A DNA stretch of 64,000 nt, taken from an uncultured delta proteobacterium. GTDB taxonomy: Bacteria; Desulfobacterota; Syntrophia; Syntrophales; UBA5619. Position 1 is the stretch's first letter; every line of letters begins with the position of its first letter. The notes below the pieces were generated by a model, which had not been told where the DNA came from, did no database searches, and was given only the letters and a program-made list of their open reading frames with translations. Below, piece after piece: positions 1 through 11,971 of the stretch. Made by a program: the position numbers and the translations under genes. Location of the stretch: the NCBI GenBank assembly GCA_963817385.1, contig CAWFOM010000004.1, positions 27,691-91,690 on the forward strand, read 5' to 3'.

Positions 1-243
1 TGGATAACCCCTACCGTCGAGGAACGAATCGACGCCATCGCCGCGGCGGGTTTCAACCGTCTCATCCAGGTCCCGATCGGGTTCACCGCCGACCACATCG
101 AGACGCTCTACGATATCGATATCACCCACCGGCAGTACGCATTAGAAAAGGGCCTCTCGTTCCGGCGCATAGCGTCCCTCAATACCGGTGCGCCCTTCAT
201 CAAGGCCCTGAAGGAGATCGTAACCAAGGTTGACTTGAGATGA
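1..243 (+). CDS. hemH: Ferrochelatase/coproporphyrin ferrochelatase, 3' end (partial)
   Basis: Frame 1 reads WITPTVEERI...VPIGFTADHIETLYDID...SLN, the ferrochelatase C-terminal signature; stop TGA 241-243 overlaps the next ATG. Confidence 0.9.
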   Translation, partial: WITPTVEERIDAIAAAGFNRLIQVPIGFTADHIETLYDIDITHRQYALEKGLSFRRIASLNTGAPFIKALKEIVTKVDLR

Positions 244-1643
244 ACGATAGCAGCTCAGGAATGAAAAAAACAGCCATCATCGGCGGGGGCATCTCCGCCC
301 TTGCCTGCGCCGTCGATCTGAAAGAAATGGGATCGGATTTTGTCCTCTTCGAAAAGGAAAACGCCGTCGGGGGTAAGCTCTGCACGGAAAAAATCGGCGG
401 GTTCACCGTTGAAGGCGGACCCGACAGCTATCTTCCGGAGAAATACTGGTCGGTTCAACTGATAAAAAAAGTGGGGCTTGCCGGCGAGATGCTCTGTTCG
501 AACGACGAGCACAAGGGCACCTTCATCTTCTCCGGGGGGCGCCTCCACCCGCTTCCGGAGGGGGTCATGCTCATGGTGCCCATCATGATCATGCCGCTCG
601 CCAGGTCCGGCCTCATCTCCTGGCCGGGCAAGCTGCGGATGGGCATGGAACTCTTCGTCCCTCCCCGGGGCGATCTGAAAGACGAAAGCCTCGCCGAATT
701 CGTCACGCGCCGGCTGGGCCGGGAGTGTCTGGAAAAGATCGCGGAGCCGCTGGTGGCTGGCATTCACACCTCCAATCCGGACAATATGAGCGTGCTGGCC
801 ACCTTCCCCCGTTTCGTCGAGATGGAGCGCAAATCCGGGAGCCTGATCAAAAGCATGGTCGCGGCGATGAAAAACCGGCCGGCCCCAAACCCGACGGGCC
901 CCCCGATGACCTATTTCATGTCGCTCAAAGCGGGCATGCAGGAGCTGGCGCAGGGGTGCGTGTCGTACATAGGCGCCGAACGGATCAGGACCGGAACGGC
1001 CGTGGTCTCCGTGGCGGAGCGGGAAGGCGGCTATCGCCTGACATTCGGCGACGGAACGACTGCCGACTTCGATGCGGTTGTCCTCGCCACGCCGTCTTAT
1101 GTGACCAAGGAGCTCATCGGTGATATGGATCGAGAGCTTGGCGACCGGTTATCCGCCATCGCCTGGTCCTCATCGGCAACCGTTTCCATCGCCTTCCGGA
1201 AAGCCGACCTTCAAAAACCCCTGCCCGGCTTCGGATTCATCATCCCCCGCATCGAGAACCGCAGGATAAACGCCTGCACCTGGAGTTCGGTAAAATGGTC
1301 CCACCGGGCGCCGGATGACACCCTGCTCATCAGGAGTTTTGTCGGCGGCGGCCATCACGAGGAGCTCGTCTCCCTGAACGACGCGGAGCTGGTAACCACC
1401 GTCCGTGAAGAGCTGCGCGAGATCATCGGCCTCACGGCGGAACCGGTATTTTCCAGGGCATACCGCTGGTTTCAGGGGATGCCGAAATATACCGTCGGCC
1501 ATCTGGAGCGCATCGCGGCCATCGACGAAAAACGAAAAGAGCACCCAGGCCTTTTTCTCATCGGCAGCAGCTATCGCGGCATCGGCATCGGCGACTGCGT
1601 GAAAAGCGGTTTTGACGCCGCCGCCGCCATCTCGGCACTTTGA
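240..1643 (+). CDS. hemY: Protoporphyrinogen/coproporphyrinogen oxidase (HemY family)
   Basis: GGGISAL FAD motif, EGGPDSY, LPGFGFIIP, SSVKW, MPKYTVGH, SYRGIGIGDC; follows hemH. Confidence 0.93.
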   Translation: MNDSSSGMKKTAIIGGGISALACAVDLKEMGSDFVLFEKENAVGGKLCTEKIGGFTVEGGPDSYLPEKYWSVQLIKKVGLAGEMLCSNDEHKGTFIFSGGRLHPLPEGVMLMVPIMIMPLARSGLISWPGKLRMGMELFVPPRGDLKDESLAEFVTRRLGRECLEKIAEPLVAGIHTSNPDNMSVLATFPRFVEMERKSGSLIKSMVAAMKNRPAPNPTGPPMTYFMSLKAGMQELAQGCVSYIGAERIRTGTAVVSVAEREGGYRLTFGDGTTADFDAVVLATPSYVTKELIGDMDRELGDRLSAIAWSSSATVSIAFRKADLQKPLPGFGFIIPRIENRRINACTWSSVKWSHRAPDDTLLIRSFVGGGHHEELVSLNDAELVTTVREELREIIGLTAEPVFSRAYRWFQGMPKYTVGHLERIAAIDEKRKEHPGLFLIGSSYRGIGIGDCVKSGFDAAAAISAL

Positions 1644-1663
1644 TCCCATGCAATAAAATCACC

Positions 1664-1692
1664 TTGACATGCCTGACCTTTTTTCATACCCT
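1664..1692 (+). promoter_or_regulatory. Putative sigma-70 promoter for cheD-HDOD
   Basis: TTGACA-17 nt-TACCCT. Confidence 0.45.
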
Positions 1693-1822
1693 TTGTCCGT
1701 ATCAAGAGAATTCGTATCCGTTTGCAAATATGATCGTGATCGTTCACTCTTTTTAACCTGTATACCATAGGGGGAGACGAACCTACTCAAGTCGATAACG
1801 GCGAAAAATTATACGAGGTGCC

Positions 1823-2266
1823 GTGCCAATGTCGGAGATAAGCGTCTCGCTGCTTCGTTGTGTTGTCGCAAATTCAGGGCTGTTGAAGATCGATCGCATC
1901 GGTTCGGGCGTCGGGATTATCATCTATGACAATGCGCGCCGTATAGGGACGGGGCTTCATATTCTCGCCGCCAATTCGGGCAGCCTCAAACCCACGAATA
2001 GCTTCATGTTTGCCAACACGGCAATTCCTCAGGCCCTGACCGAGATCGGCCAAAAAGGAGGAACCCCCCCCTTTTCAGTGGCTATTGCGGGTGGCGCCAG
2101 CATGATGGGGGGCCAAACGGAATCGAATTCCCCAAAGGACATCGTCGATGCCACCAAGGAGGCCTTGAAGCACGCCAGCCTTCGGGTCACACTGGAACAG
2201 ACGGGCGGTAACAAGATGCGGTGCATGATCTTGGATATCGATGCCGGAAAAATCAAGATCACCTGA
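1823..2266 (+). CDS. cheD: CheD-like protein, catalytic Cys apparently replaced
   Basis: IGSGVGIIIYD...GLHIL, FANTAI, IAGGASM, QTGGNKMR match the CheD layout; the canonical LGSCV Cys is Gly. Confidence 0.75.
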   Translation: MPMSEISVSLLRCVVANSGLLKIDRIGSGVGIIIYDNARRIGTGLHILAANSGSLKPTNSFMFANTAIPQALTEIGQKGGTPPFSVAIAGGASMMGGQTESNSPKDIVDATKEALKHASLRVTLEQTGGNKMRCMILDIDAGKIKIT

Positions 2267-2290
2267 GATCTCTTGAGAAGGGAGTCAGCC

Positions 2291-3364
2291 TTGAAAATAA
2301 TATGCTCCACATGCCGCAGGTCGTTCAACATCCCCGACGAACGGCTCCCCAAGACGGAGAGCATTGCCTTACCCTGCCCCATCTGCAAGGCTATGATCGA
2401 GGTTGATCTTCGCTCACAACTTTCCGGAGCAGAGCCAACCCCGCGCCAGAAGGCGGCAAAAAGGGGCGGGGGAGCCGGCGTTCGGACTGCTCGTGAGGCT
2501 GAAGCATTGCCCAGCGGCGAAAAGCTGATGAAGAAGATCCTCCAGACGGCCAAGGATATTCCGCCCATGCCCCAGACTACGCTCAGGGCCCATGAGATCA
2601 TCAAAGACCCAAATGCGAGTTTTGAAGACCTGGCACGGGTGATGGAAATGGATCAAGCGATTGCCACCCGCGTCCTCAGGATGGCTAATTCCCCTTACTA
2701 CGGCCTGAGCGGCAAAGTCTCCTCCATCAAGCATGCTTCAACGATATTGGGCTTGAAAGTCCTTGAAGAGCTCGTCGTCATGGCATGGAGTACCAAGGCT
2801 TTGGGCCACCGGATGGAAGGGTATGAGTTGGAAACGGGGGACCTCTGGAAGCATTCCCTGGCGGTAGCCTTCGGCTCAAAAATCATCGCCGCCTTGAAAA
2901 ATCCCGGTATCGCAAACGATGCCTTTTCCGCCGGTTTGATCCATGATGTGGGAAAACTTGTTTTAGATCCCTACGTCCTGGAGAGAAAAGATCTCTTCAC
3001 GACCTTCCTGGCTGGTGGAAAGGAGTCCTTTCTCAGTGCTGAAAAGGAGATTCTGGGGTTTGATCACGGGGAGATGGCCGCTGAGCTGTGCACGAACTGG
3101 CATGTGCCCCAAGACCTTGCGACGGCCATCCGCCACCACCACTGTCCTGCGGCGTCCAACGGGAGTCAATTGGCCTATATCGTTCACATGGCTGATATCA
3201 TAGCACTCATGAGCGGTATGGGCACCGGCCTTGATGGCATGCAGTATCACATGGACCAGGAGGTCATGGCAATGCTGGGTATGAAATCCGATGGCATGAG
3301 CCTGATCATGATACAGATCGTGGAGGCCGTTCAAGCGATCTCCGCGGATATGCAGCAGACCTGA
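2291..3364 (+). CDS. Zinc-ribbon + HDOD domain signalling protein
   Basis: N-terminal CSTC...CPIC; HDOD motifs PPMP, DQAIATRVLRMANSPYYG, WKHSLAVA, GLIHDVGK, DH, HHH; TTG start after an AAGGGAG RBS. Confidence 0.88.
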   Translation: MKIICSTCRRSFNIPDERLPKTESIALPCPICKAMIEVDLRSQLSGAEPTPRQKAAKRGGGAGVRTAREAEALPSGEKLMKKILQTAKDIPPMPQTTLRAHEIIKDPNASFEDLARVMEMDQAIATRVLRMANSPYYGLSGKVSSIKHASTILGLKVLEELVVMAWSTKALGHRMEGYELETGDLWKHSLAVAFGSKIIAALKNPGIANDAFSAGLIHDVGKLVLDPYVLERKDLFTTFLAGGKESFLSAEKEILGFDHGEMAAELCTNWHVPQDLATAIRHHHCPAASNGSQLAYIVHMADIIALMSGMGTGLDGMQYHMDQEVMAMLGMKSDGMSLIMIQIVEAVQAISADMQQT

Positions 3365-3406
3365 CAGGTCGGTGGACAACTATAGACTTTTTTCTGGGAT
3401 AAACTC

Positions 3407-3880
3407 TCAGTCGATAAGATCAACAAGCCTCCCGCTGGTAATACGAAGTCTTTGGCTTAACAACTTACCCAGCTTAAGCAATATCTTGGCCGCAAGGCCA
3501 GGGGCTTCTCTTATTAAGCGATCGAGATTCTCCCTGGTTAGAATCAGCAACACCGTTTTATCCGCTGAGACGATCGTTGCAGATCTCGGCTCACCGTCAA
3601 AGAGTACCATCTCGCCAAATGTTTTACCTTTGGTAATTACCGATAACGTCTTTCCTTGATTCTTTTCGTTTTGCTTCTTGACTTTGACACTTCCCTTAAC
3701 AACAATGCACATATAGGCTTCCCGCGCCCCCTCATAGAATACTGGCTTGTCTTTCTCTATCCGGGAAGTGTCCAGATATCGGACAAAATTTTCTATTTCC
3801 TTCCATGAGAGATCTTCAGTCCATTCGGTCCCTTCCAACAGTTCTGCTCGTTCTTTCAGAGACTCTCCAACGTCTACCAT
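3407..3880 (-). CDS. Cyclic-nucleotide-binding domain protein
   Basis: VFYEG...GSVKV...FGEMVLFDGEPRSAT cNMP-binding signature; no HTH. Confidence 0.88.
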   Translation of the reverse strand: MVDVGESLKERAELLEGTEWTEDLSWKEIENFVRYLDTSRIEKDKPVFYEGAREAYMCIVVKGSVKVKKQNEKNQGKTLSVITKGKTFGEMVLFDGEPRSATIVSADKTVLLILTRENLDRLIREAPGLAAKILLKLGKLLSQRLRITSGRLVDLID

Positions 3881-4387
3881 AGCCTGTCCATTTCGTTGAT
3901 AACGTAAGAGTAAGACAAAAAGGTTATTCACTAAAAATGCAACGAAGCAATCTCTGGCGCGCTGATATTACAAATCTTCCAATGCCTCAAGTCAAGGAAA
4001 TATTATCACCCTGTATGGCGTCGAAATCGGAGGCGATTCTGAGATATTGCCTATCATAAAGCTTCCATTCAATCCTCATTTATTTCCATCGGCACACACC
4101 ATACACTATGAGAGAAAGAAACAGCGGCGCTCACACATCTCCGCTGACCCCGACAGTACATTGACCCGGAACATGAGCCGGTATGCACTGACGATTTCCG
4201 CACTCTCACACGGAAGTATCCTTACGAAAAAGCAAGCGCCGTCTTCTTCTGAGCGAAAAGGGGACGCCGTGATGCATTGAACGGGGTCGATGTGTGGGGA
4301 GGGATTCATGAAGGCGGAGCCGGGAATGATCTTCCCGGCAACGGAGGTTTTCACGGCGACGGAACGTAAATAAAAGAGGAGGGGCGT

Positions 4388-4843
4388 ATGACAAAACTCA
4401 ACATCAATAGAAAGGAATACACGCTGAGCGTGAATCCGGACGTGCCTCTGTTATGGGTGATTCGGGAACATCTGAAGCTTACGGGCACCAAGTTCGGATG
4501 CGGCATGGGTTTGTGTGGCGCCTGCACGGTGCATATCGATGGAAAAGCGGAAAGGTCCTGTCAGATACCGGTGGGCCAGGCCCAGGGAAAGAAGATAACG
4601 ACCATAGAAGGTCTGCCCGAAAATCATCCGGTAAAAAAGGCGTGGCTCAAAGAGCAGGTCCCGCAGTGCGGCTACTGCCAGCCGGGCCAGATCATGCAGG
4701 CCGCGGCATTGCTTGTGGAAAAACCGAACCCGACCGACGAAGAAATCATGGACTATATGAACGGGAATATCTGCCGCTGTTCCACCTATCCACGGATCAA
4801 AGCCGCGATCAAGACGGCAGCAAAGGAGGGGAAAAAGCGATGA
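4388..4843 (+). CDS. iorA: (2Fe-2S)-binding small subunit of IorA/CoxS type
   Basis: [32 protein letters not shown]. Confidence 0.9.
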   Translation: MTKLNINRKEYTLSVNPDVPLLWVIREHLKLTGTKFGCGMGLCGACTVHIDGKAERSCQIPVGQAQGKKITTIEGLPENHPVKKAWLKEQVPQCGYCQPGQIMQAAALLVEKPNPTDEEIMDYMNGNICRCSTYPRIKAAIKTAAKEGKKR

Positions 4844-7008
4844 AACGGACAATGTCGAGACGGAAATTTTTACAGACATCCCTTGTCGGTGCGGGCTTGA
4901 CAATCGCGGTTTCCGTCACGCCGTTCGGCCATCGCCTGTTTGCCGCCTCGGGAAAAGAAAAGACGGCCCCCTTTGCACCGAGTGCATGGCTGCGAATAAC
5001 ACCCGGAAACGACGTGATTATTTTTGTAAATAAGTCCGAGATGGGGCAAGGGGTGCACACGTCCCTGCCAATGATAATGGCCGATGAGCTTGACGCCGAT
5101 TGGGCACGGGTAAAGATAGAGGTGGCGCTTGCGGGGAACCAGTACAAGGACCCTGTCTGGAGCATGCAGGCAACAGGAGGGAGCACAAGTATACGGCATA
5201 TGTATACCCCCCTGCGGGAAGCTGCGGCGGTCGCCAGGGAGATGCTGGTGAAAGCAGCCGCCGAACAGTGGGGTCTCTCCGAAGGTGATTGCGAGACTGC
5301 AAAAAACACGGTGAAAAACAGGAAGAATGGGAAAACTCTCACGTACGGGAATCTTGCTGCAAAGGCGTCCCGTTTCCCTATGCCGCAAAAGCCGCAGTTG
5401 AAGAAGCCAAGCCAGTTCACGCTCATCGGCACCCCCGCCCTGCGCCCGGACATCCCCGGGAAAATCAGCGGGAAAGCCGTATTCGGCATCGATGTCCAGG
5501 TAAAGAACATGCTCTACGGGACGGTTGAACGACCGCCCACTTTCGGAGCGACGATCGTTTCCTACGACGCCGATGCCGCCGGGAAAATCCCCGGCGTGCG
5601 GAAGGTAGCCCGTATCGACCGGGGCATCGCCGTTTGTGCCGATACGCTCGCCGCAGCCTGGGAAGGCAAGAACTCCCTCAATGCCAAATGGAGCGCAGGT
5701 GTCCGACCCTCGCTGGATAACGATAGTCTCGAAAGGGATTTTATCGCCCATCTCGACAGGGAGGGGCTGCTCGCAAAAAACGAGGGAGACGCCAAGGCGG
5801 CGCTAAGGACATCGGCAAAAAAGGTCGAGGCGGTTTATCTGTTGCCCTACCTGTCCCATATGAACATGGAACCGATGAACTGCACGGCTTTTGTTCAAAA
5901 AGACTCCTGCGATGTGTGGGCGCCGACACAGAACCAGACGGGCGTCCTCGAAATCGCAAAGAAATTGACCGGGCTTACGGCGAATCGGATCATCGTGCAC
6001 ACCACGTTCCTCGGCACCGGTTTCGGAAGGCGCTTTGAAACGGACTTTGTCGAGGAGGCGATCGAGGCGTCAAAAGCGGCCGGACGCCCGGTAAAGGTAA
6101 TTTGGAATAGGGAAGAAGACATCGGGAATGATTATTACCGCCCCGGAAATGCCACGAGGATCGAAGGCGGTCTCGATGAGGTGGGGAAGCTGACCGCCTG
6201 GTCCCACCGGATCGCCGTTTCCTCCATCTTTTCCCGCGTCATGCCGCAGCGCATGGGAAAAGGGGTGGACCCCGCAGCCATCGACGGCATAACGGAGAGT
6301 CCGTACGAGTTTCCCAATGTCCGGGTGGAATACGTGAAAGTCGACACACCCGTCCCCGTCGGGTTCTGGCGGTCCGTGGGAAATTCCCACAACGGCTTCA
6401 CCATGGAATCCTTCATGGACGAAATGGCCGATGCAGCGGGACAAGACCCGTTGGCGTTTCGTCTCGGTCTCCTAAAAAACAACCCTCGTGCGCGACGCGT
6501 GATCGAAACGGCTGCCGAAAAATCCGGCTGGGGGAAACCACCCGGGAAAGGAGAGGCGCTGGGGCTTGCCCATCACTTCTCGTTCGACACTTACATTGCA
6601 CAGGTGGCGGAGGTTTCGGTGAACAGGCAGAGCGGTCGGATAAAGGTCCACCGGATTGTCTGTGCGGTCGACTGCGGCACCGTGGTGAATCCCGACACCG
6701 TCAAGGCACAGATAGAAGGCGCGATCATCATGGGTTTGAGCGCCGGGATGATGGAAAAAATGGAGTTTTCCTCCGGCGGCGTTAAATCATCGAATTACGA
6801 TAGCTACCCGATACTCAGGATCATGGACACTCCTGAGATTGAAGTCCACATCGTCGCCAGCGACGGAGATCGGGGCGGGATAGGAGAACCGGGCTTGCCT
6901 CCGGTGGCGCCGGCGGTGGCCAATGCGGTCTTCCGCGCGGCAAAGATACGGCTGCGGAGGTTGCCGATGAGCCCCGAGACAGTCCTCGCCGCGCTGAAAA
7001 GGGTTTAA
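4840..7008 (+). CDS. iorB: Molybdopterin-binding large subunit (IorB/xanthine dehydrogenase family) with Tat-like signal
   Basis: SRRKFL twin-arginine; EMGQG, TGGSTS, MEPMN, GFGRR, WRSV, GGIGEPG; ATGA overlap with iorA. Confidence 0.9.
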   Translation: MKRTMSRRKFLQTSLVGAGLTIAVSVTPFGHRLFAASGKEKTAPFAPSAWLRITPGNDVIIFVNKSEMGQGVHTSLPMIMADELDADWARVKIEVALAGNQYKDPVWSMQATGGSTSIRHMYTPLREAAAVAREMLVKAAAEQWGLSEGDCETAKNTVKNRKNGKTLTYGNLAAKASRFPMPQKPQLKKPSQFTLIGTPALRPDIPGKISGKAVFGIDVQVKNMLYGTVERPPTFGATIVSYDADAAGKIPGVRKVARIDRGIAVCADTLAAAWEGKNSLNAKWSAGVRPSLDNDSLERDFIAHLDREGLLAKNEGDAKAALRTSAKKVEAVYLLPYLSHMNMEPMNCTAFVQKDSCDVWAPTQNQTGVLEIAKKLTGLTANRIIVHTTFLGTGFGRRFETDFVEEAIEASKAAGRPVKVIWNREEDIGNDYYRPGNATRIEGGLDEVGKLTAWSHRIAVSSIFSRVMPQRMGKGVDPAAIDGITESPYEFPNVRVEYVKVDTPVPVGFWRSVGNSHNGFTMESFMDEMADAAGQDPLAFRLGLLKNNPRARRVIETAAEKSGWGKPPGKGEALGLAHHFSFDTYIAQVAEVSVNRQSGRIKVHRIVCAVDCGTVVNPDTVKAQIEGAIIMGLSAGMMEKMEFSSGGVKSSNYDSYPILRIMDTPEIEVHIVASDGDRGGIGEPGLPPVAPAVANAVFRAAKIRLRRLPMSPETVLAALKRV

Positions 7009-7031
7009 GGAAAAGAATGAAGGAGGATGCG

Positions 7032-7421
7032 ATGATTACCTACGGATTTACCAAGGAACTGGCTGTCCCCTTCGAACGGGTGAGGGAATCGGCAATCGAG
7101 GAGTTGAAAAAAGAAGGATTCGGCATACTCACGGAGATCGATGTTCAGGCGAAGTTCAGGGAAAAGCTGGGCATCGATTTCAAGAAATATGTCATTCTGG
7201 GTGCCTGCAATCCGCCCAATGCCCACAAGGCCATTCTCGCCGAAGAGAACGTCGGCCTGATGCTTCCCTGCAATGTGATCGTCTATGAGAAGGGGAGCAA
7301 AACTGTGATCTCGGCGATCAGGCCCACGGTCGCGATGAAGATGATCGACAATCCGGAGCTCGAGCCGATCGGGAAGTTCATTGAAGCGAAATTGAAGAAA
7401 GCCTTCGACGCGGTTAAATGA
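7032..7421 (+). CDS. DUF302 family protein
   Basis: GFGILTEIDV, ILGACNP, GLMLPCNV. Confidence 0.88.
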   Translation: MITYGFTKELAVPFERVRESAIEELKKEGFGILTEIDVQAKFREKLGIDFKKYVILGACNPPNAHKAILAEENVGLMLPCNVIVYEKGSKTVISAIRPTVAMKMIDNPELEPIGKFIEAKLKKAFDAVK

Positions 7422-7529
7422 AGGAGGATTGCCCCTCCGCGCAGGTCGCATCAGTTTCCCGCAGAGCTCCGCGTGGTTTGTTCAACGGGGGCTTGCGGTC
7501 AGGTGAACCCGCGCCAAAGGAGGAATACT

Positions 7530-8007
7530 ATGGCAGAGACAGAAATTATCGCAGAGCCGGGGAAACAGGATATCGTCATCAGACGAACGTTCGATGCGCC
7601 GCGTGAACGCGTATTCAAGGCGTTGACCGATCCCGCGAGTATCCCCAAATGGTGGGGGCCGGGAAATTTCACGACCGCCGTAGACAAGATGGAGGTAAAA
7701 CCGGGGGGCTTTTGGCGATTTGTTCAGCGCGATCCGGAAGGCAATGAGTTCGCATTTCACGGCGTATATCATGAAAGCATGCCTCCGAGACGGCTTGTCT
7801 ACACCTTCGAATGGGAAGGCATGCCGGGCCACGTGTCGCTGGAGACAGTTACGCTCGAAGAGCGCGACGGCAAGACGGTTACGAACGACAAGATTGTCTT
7901 CCAGTCCGTCGAGGATCGTGACGGCATGCTCAAGAGCGGAATGGAAGAAGACCAGGGAGAGCATGGATCGGCTGGAGGCGCTGCTGAATAAGACGCGGAA
8001 TGGATGA
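7530..8007 (+). CDS. SRPBCC/AHSA1 family protein (frameshift near 7950)
   Basis: [25 protein letters not shown]; the C-terminus [10 protein letters not shown] lies in another frame. Confidence 0.85.
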
Positions 8008-8129
8008 ATGCCATGGCCGATGCAGCGCTCACCCCATGGGGGCTACCTTCGCCTGCCTGAATGATTTCCAAGAGTTTCCTTCCGTTGGCGGCGATTGATT
8101 ATTGCCCCGAAAAGGGGTAGAGTGCCGCC

Positions 8130-10498
8130 ATGGCGAAGCTGACGTTGGAGGAGTGGCTCGCGAGGGCCGAAAAGGACCGGCGGTTCATGGAGAACGTCCG
8201 GGCGATCCGGAAGATCCCCGCCCGCCCCGGTGAATTTGCGGAATATCCGGCGTGGGTCCACCCCTCTTTGAAAAAAGTCCTCGCCGAACGGGGGATCGGG
8301 CGGCTCTACAGCCACCAGGCGAAGGCGGTGGATCTGGTCCGCAAGGGGCAGAGCGTCGTTCTCGTCACCCCGACGGCGAGCGGCAAGACCCTCTGCTACA
8401 ACCTCCCGGTCCTGCAGAAGATCATCGAAGAGCCGGAGACCCGCGCCCTCTACCTTTTTCCCGACGAAGGCCCTCGCCCAGGACCAGATGCACGAGATCC
8501 ACGGCCTGATCGGCGAGATGAAGGCCGACATCAAGACCTACACCTACGACGGGGACACCCCCGACGACGCCCGGCAGGCGATCCGCCGGCAGGGCCACGT
8601 CGTCGTCACGAACCCCGACATGCTCCACGCCGGGATCCTCCCCCACCATACCAAGTGGCAGAAGCTCTTCGCGAACCTCCAGTATGTGGTGATCGACGAG
8701 CTCCACGTCTACCGGGGGGTCTTCGGCTCCCACCTGACGAACGTGCTCCGGCGTCTGGTCCGGATCTGCCGCTTCTACGGCCGGGACCCGGTCTTCATCT
8801 GCTGCTCGGCCACGGTCGCCAACCCCAAGGAGCACGCGGAGCGGCTCCTGGAGCGCTCCGTCGCGCTCATCGCCGAGAGCGGGGCGCCGGCGGCGGCCAA
8901 GACCTTCATCCTCTACAACCCCCCCATCGTCAACCGGGAGCTCGGCATCCGCCAGTCCGCCCTGACGCCGGTCCGGAAGATCGCCGCGGAGCTCATCGAA
9001 AACGCGATCCAGACGATCGTCTTTGCCACCAGCCGCCTGAACGTCGAGGTCCTGACGAAGTACCTCAAGGATCAGTTCTCGAAGGGGAAACCGGTGGATA
9101 CCCAGTTCGTCACCGGCTACCGCGGCGGGTACCTCCCCAATCTCCGCCGGCAGATCGAGGCGGGCCTCCGCAGCCGGGAGGTGATGGGGGTCGTCGCGAC
9201 CAACGCCCTGGAGCTGGGGATCGACATCGGCGATATGGAGGCGGCGATCCTCTGCGGCTATCCGGGCTCGATCGCCAGCACCTGGCAGCAGGCGGGGCGG
9301 GCGGGCCGGCGTTCGGGGCAGAGCCTGGCGATCCTCATCGCCCGGAGCTCCCCGCTCGATCAGTTCATCGTGGAGAACCCCGATTACTTCTTCTCCCGCT
9401 CCCCGGAGTTCTGCCGGGTCAACCCGGACAACCTGCTGATCCTCCTGCACCATATCAAGAGCGCCGCCTTCGAGCTCCCGTTCGAGAAGGGGGAGCACTT
9501 CGGCGGGGAGAACCTGGAGGAACTCCTCGACTACCTCGAACGGAAGGGGGTCCTCCACCGCGTCGACGCCCGCTGGCACTGGTCGGCGGAGAGCTACCCC
9601 GCCGACGAGGTGAGCCTCCGGAGCATCAATCCCGAAAACGTCGTCGTCGTGGATGCGACCGAGGCGGGGAACCACCGGGTGATCGCCGAGGTGGACTGGG
9701 ACAGCGCCTTTACCGCCGTCCACACCGACGCGATCTACATGGTGGAGTCCCAGCAGTACTACGTGGACAAGCTCGACCTGGAGCGGAAGACCGCCTACGT
9801 CCACAAGGTCGAGGCGGAGTACTACACCGACGCGATGACCTACACCAACGTCCGGGTGATCGACGCCTTCGCGAAAAAGCCGGGGAAGGAGATCCTCGTC
9901 GAGCACGGGGAGGTCCAGGTGGTGAGCAAGGTGGTCGGCTACAAGAAGATCAAGTTCTACACCTCGGAGAACCTCGGCTACGGCGACGTGAACCTGCCGG
10001 AGAAGGACATGCACACGACGAGCTACTGGTTCACGATCCCCCGGGACCGCCTCGCCGCGCTTTCCTACAACCAGGAGGAGATCATCGACGGCCTGGCGGG
10101 GCTCGCCTACAGCCTCCACCACCTGGCCGCCATGATGCTGATGGCGGACCTCCACGACATCGACCGGGCGATCGGGGACAAGAGCGGCGAGTGGTTCGTC
10201 AGGAAGGACCGGAACTGGCGGACGATCACGACCTCGCCGGGGGCGGAGGAGAGCGCCGTCCCCACGACGGACGCCTTCGACCCGACGATCTTTTTGTTCG
10301 ACGCCTATCCCGGCGGGATCGGCTTCTCGGAGCTCCTCTTCGAGCGCCACGACGCCCTGCTTGAAATCGGCCCGGCAGCTCATCCAGGGCTGCGCCTGCG
10401 CCTGCGGCTGCCCGTCGTGCGTCGGCCCGGTCCTCGAGGTCGGTCCCCGGGCGAAGGATACGGCCCTGGCGATTCTCGACCTGCTTCAGGGGAAATAG
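8130..10498 (+). CDS. mrfA: DEAH-box helicase with DUF1998 (MrfA/YprA/SftH-like); frameshifts ~8460 and ~10370
   Basis: LYSHQ, TPTASGKT, TNPDMLH, DELH, SAT, TNALELGID, QQAGRAGR, C-terminal CACACGCPSC, reconstructed over three frame segments. Confidence 0.88.
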
Positions 10499-10594
10499 TC
10501 GGAGGACATCGTCCCTCCGCCGTCCGATATCCACATATCCACTGGGGCCGAAATAATACTTGCACCGTTTGACCTCCTGATCCATACATGGAAC

Positions 10595-11919
10595 ATGGGC
10601 ACGAAGGATCGTTTAGAGCGCCTCACCGGCGAAAAGAAGATTGAAAGCGGCTCGGCTCTTCACGGCGACGGGGCGCGGGCGGGGGAGATCCGCGCCTTGC
10701 GGGATCGGATCGAAGCCGTTCTTTCTCGGCGGCCGGAGGGACGAACGGCGGAGACACCAACCGCCGGACGGGGCCGGGGGGTCCCCCTGGAGGAACTGGT
10801 TTCGGGCGAGGAGCGGGTCACCGAAGGGGGGCGCTTCTTCTGCGCCCGCCGTCTGACCGGAGGCTCGTCGCGACACGGCCGGTTCTGCATCCGGGACTTG
10901 GCGCCCCTCGACATGGGCCGGATCGCCGTCCTGGCGAACGACCCGGACCTGCAGGGGGTTCGATTACCGGCAGGCCTTCTTCCTCGATACGGAGACGACC
11001 GGGCTTGCCGGCGGAACAGGGACGGTCGCCTTTCTCATCGGGATCGGCTGGTTCGAAAGGGATGCCTTCGTGACCGAGCAGCTCTTCGCCCGGGATTACG
11101 CCGAGGAGCGGGCGACGCTCCTCTACCTCCGGGGAGCTCCTCCGGGAGGCCCGTTTCCTGGTCAGCTTCAACGGCAAGGCCTTCGACGCCAATCTCCTGG
11201 CCGCCCGTTTCATCATGAACCGCCTGCCGGATCCCCTTGCCGGGCTTCCCCATCTCGATCTCCTCCATCCCGCCCGGCGCCTGCTGAGCCATCGTCTGAG
11301 CGACCGCCGCCTGGGCGCCCTGGAGGCGGCGCTCCTCGGATTCGAGCGGGAGGGAGACATCCCCGGGAGCGAGATCCCCCAGCGCTACTTCGACTGGCTC
11401 CGTCGGCGCGACGGGCGGCTCATGGCCGATGTCTTCGAACACAACCGCCTGGACATCCTGTCTTTGGCGGCCCTGGCCGCCCATCTGACGGAGCTGATCG
11501 ATCCTGCGGGGGAGAATTCCCGGTGCCACCCCGGCGACCGCCTTGCCGCCGCGCGCCTCTTTCTGGCCCGGGACCGCCACGCCGAGGCCGTCCGTCTCCT
11601 GGACCCTCTGTGCGGCTGCGCCAGTCCCGAAACAGCGCGGGAGGCTGCCCGGGAGCTCTCCCTCCACCACCGGCGGGGGGGGCGCTGGCCGGCGGCGGTG
11701 GCGATCTGGGAGGAGATGGTGCGGCGCGACGGGGGGGATCTCTTCGCCCTTGTCGAACTAGCCAAATGGCAGGAACACCGGCGGCGGGATTTCGCCCGAG
11801 CCCTGGAACTGACGGAGTGCGCCTGTGCCGGCCGCCTGACGCCGGAGGAGCGCATCGACCTCAACCGCCGCCGGGAGCGCCTGGAGCGCAAACTGGCCTT
11901 GGGGAGTGCCGTACCGTAA
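10595..11919 (+). CDS. mrfB: RNase H-like DEDD exonuclease with TPR-like tail (MrfB/YprB-like); frameshifts ~10955 and ~11140
   Basis: FLDTETTGLAGGTGT, SFNGKAFD, HLDLLHPARR, HNRLDILSL across frames; directly after mrfA. Confidence 0.85.
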
Positions 11920-11971
11920 ATCTCAGAGTTCGGAACAATGTTGAATATCTTTTTAGCGGGGAGGTGGGAAC

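Noticed and set aside
8130..11919. DUF1998 helicase as DISARM DrmB or a Druantia component
   Set aside because: It is paired with a YprB-like exonuclease in host-like GC, matching MrfAB-type DNA repair; no drmA, methylase or other partners are nearby
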